Shown one piece after another: positions 53,188 to 54,854 of a stretch of DNA of 54,854 bases (its first letter is position 1; each line of letters begins with the position of its first letter). The stretch lies in assembly GCA_016177225.1 (NCBI GenBank), contig JACOVQ010000009.1, positions 1 through 54,854 of the forward strand, in the 5' to 3' direction. The position numbers and the translations under genes are program-made. This stretch comes from Candidatus Zambryskiibacteriota bacterium. GTDB taxonomy: Bacteria; Patescibacteriota; Minisyncoccia; Phycocordibacterales; Zambryskibacteraceae. The notes beneath the pieces were generated by a model. The model saw only the letters and a program-made list of their open reading frames with translations, was not told where the DNA came from and made no database searches.

Positions 53188-53865
53188 GTTTTAATTTCTG
53201 GAGTCCTTTGAAAATTTAATTCCACCATACTCATAATTTAGACGGGGGTCTTTGATGTGTATAGGTGGGCAGGAAAGAAAGAAAAATAATTAAGTGGTTT
53301 TTAAGTTTCCTAATGGGATTAATTTCCTAACGGAAATTTAAATTAAGGGCGTACGGTGGATGCCTTGACTAGAAGAAGTGATGAAGGACGCGGTTTGGCG
53401 GCGATACGCCACGGGGAGGTGCCTAGCAACCGATATATCCGTGGATTTCCGAATGGGGAAACCCTTCCGACGATGAGTCGGAAACTCCATGGACTACATG
53501 GAGAACGCACCCGGTGAAGTAAAACATTTCAGTAACCGGAGGAATAGAAACAAATATGCATTTCCTTAGTAGCGGCGAGCGAAAAGGAAGAAGCCCAAAC
53601 CTAGTTTCAATCTCACCGCATCTTTAGTGGTGCTGTGGGATTGATGCTGGGGGTTGTAAGACGGAGACTGCCGCGATTTATCGTGGCGTGGAGTTAAAAA
53701 TTATTTGGTTAGCTTGAGCTTTTGGAAAGAAGCACCCGAGCGGGTAATAGTCCCATAAGCGAAAATCAAATGACTCTTCGGTTTCCGTTCTTGAGTACTT
53801 CGAGACACGAATAGCTCGGAGGAATCTGCCAGAACTAACTGGTAAGGCTAAATATTCTTCTAGAT

Positions 53866-53902
<37 letters not shown>

Positions 53903-54576
53903 CAGCCCGGAAGGGCGGTGAAATAGACCTGAAACCGTATGTCTACAAGGAGTCAGAGCGGGCGCTTGCGTCCGCGATGGCGTGCCTATTGAAGAATGAG
54001 CCAACGAGTTAATGCATGAAGCTCGGGTAAGGACGCGAGTCTGGACCCATAGGGAAACCGAGTGTGAATAGCGCGAATAATAGTTTTATGCATTAGACCC
54101 GAAGCCAGAGCGAGCTTGTCATGAGCAGGGTGAATCATTGAGAAATCGGTGAGGAGGCCCGAACCCATATGCCGTGCAATACATTGGGATGACTTGTGAT
54201 AAGAAGTGAAAAGCTAATCGAGCCTGGTAATAGCTGGTTCTCTCCGAAATAGCTTTTGGGTTAGCGTCGAGTATTACAGAGAGTGGTAGAGCACTGGAAG
54301 GTTTGGACAGGGCGAAAGCTCGCTAAACCTATCAAACTCCGAATATTCTCTATTAAAAGCTCGGCAGTTAGACTCCGGGGGCTAAGCTCCGGTGGTCAAA
54401 AAGGAAACAGCCTAGATCTCTATTTAAGGTCCCTAAATCTACGTTAAGTGTACTTAAGGTGGTGGAATTTCTCTGACAGTCAGGAGGTTGGCTTAGAAGC
54501 AGCCATCCTTTAAAGATCGCGTAACAGCTCACTGACTCAGAGATTCCGCGCCGCAAATAATCGGGACTAAACGTAG

Positions 54577-54620
54577 CCCCGACGCCCGCAAGGGGGTCGG
54601 GGAGCCGGCTTTACGTCGGC
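54577..54620 (+). other. ~45-nt double-hairpin insertion in 23S rRNA
   Basis: CCCCGAC..GTCGGGG plus GCCGGC-TTTAC-GTCGGC lie between CTAAACGTAG and TACCGAA, which are nearly adjacent in standard 23S. Confidence 0.7.
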
Positions 54621-54635
54621 TTACCGAAACTGAGG

Positions 54636-54792
54636 ATGTTCGTGTCTCACTAGTGTTCGACACTCACATCTCGCACCAATCACACTAATAACACGAATCT
54701 ACGAATGGAATGCATTTGCATTCTATTCGTGGCATTAGTGATATTCGTGGATTAGTGCGAGCGAGTGGTGAGCGATAGCGAGGCACGAGCGT
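54636..54792 (+). other. ~155-nt intervening/expansion sequence at about helix 45 of 23S rRNA
   Basis: Long hairpin closed by ATGTTCGTGTCTC/GAGGCACGAGCGT, between ACCGAAACTGAGG and GGTAGGAGAG. Confidence 0.75.
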
Positions 54793-54854
54793 GGTAGGAG
54801 AGTATTCGCATCTGCACTGAAGGCGAAGGGGTGACCCGCGCTGGAGCGTTGCGA

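Noticed and set aside
53986-54556. ORFs 53986-54168 and 54368-54556
   Set aside because: They are antisense to conserved 23S rRNA sequence.
54636-54792. Group I intron or homing endonuclease in 23S
   Set aside because: Too short, no ORF and no recognisable P/Q/R/S core; it is a simple long hairpin.

Overview
54.9 kb of a small-genome bacterium. The compact housekeeping genes, type IV pilus ATPase, tRNA-Arg(GCG), missing rplA after rplK and histidine-phosphatase insert in IleRS fit Patescibacteria/CPR (Parcubacteria-like); this lineage call is an inference. The backbone is mostly housekeeping: polA, mutM, ruvA, recA, recO, ssb, ftsK, argS/ileS/glyQS/metG, rpsT/rplS/rplK/rpsF/rpsR, secE-nusG, efp, 8 tRNAs, a surface-protein cluster and the 5' part of an unlinked 23S rRNA with two insertions. 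Main accessory features: (1) A 3.8-kb serine-recombinase element (13639-17424) integrated at the 3' end of tRNA-Val, carrying guaA and an XRE regulator. Its attP lies inside the recombinase ORF, and it contains a second, inverted, already-joined copy of the whole ~250-bp attP junction. The excised circle would therefore have a two-inverted-repeat (2-micron-like or ssDNA dumbbell) architecture. (2) A five-gene pyrimidine-nucleotide cluster (22779-28255): an MtrA-like/DUF4346-like/thymidylate-synthase-like fusion, a double-domain cytidine deaminase, a ParB/Srx-like protein, and HAD and HD phosphohydrolases. (3) A GIY-YIG gene flanked by a duplicated tRNA-Lys 5' end, plus a family of short palindromic elements inserted in rluD, the rplS start, 23S rRNA and intergenic DNA. 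All calls were made by eye from motifs; no database searches were run.
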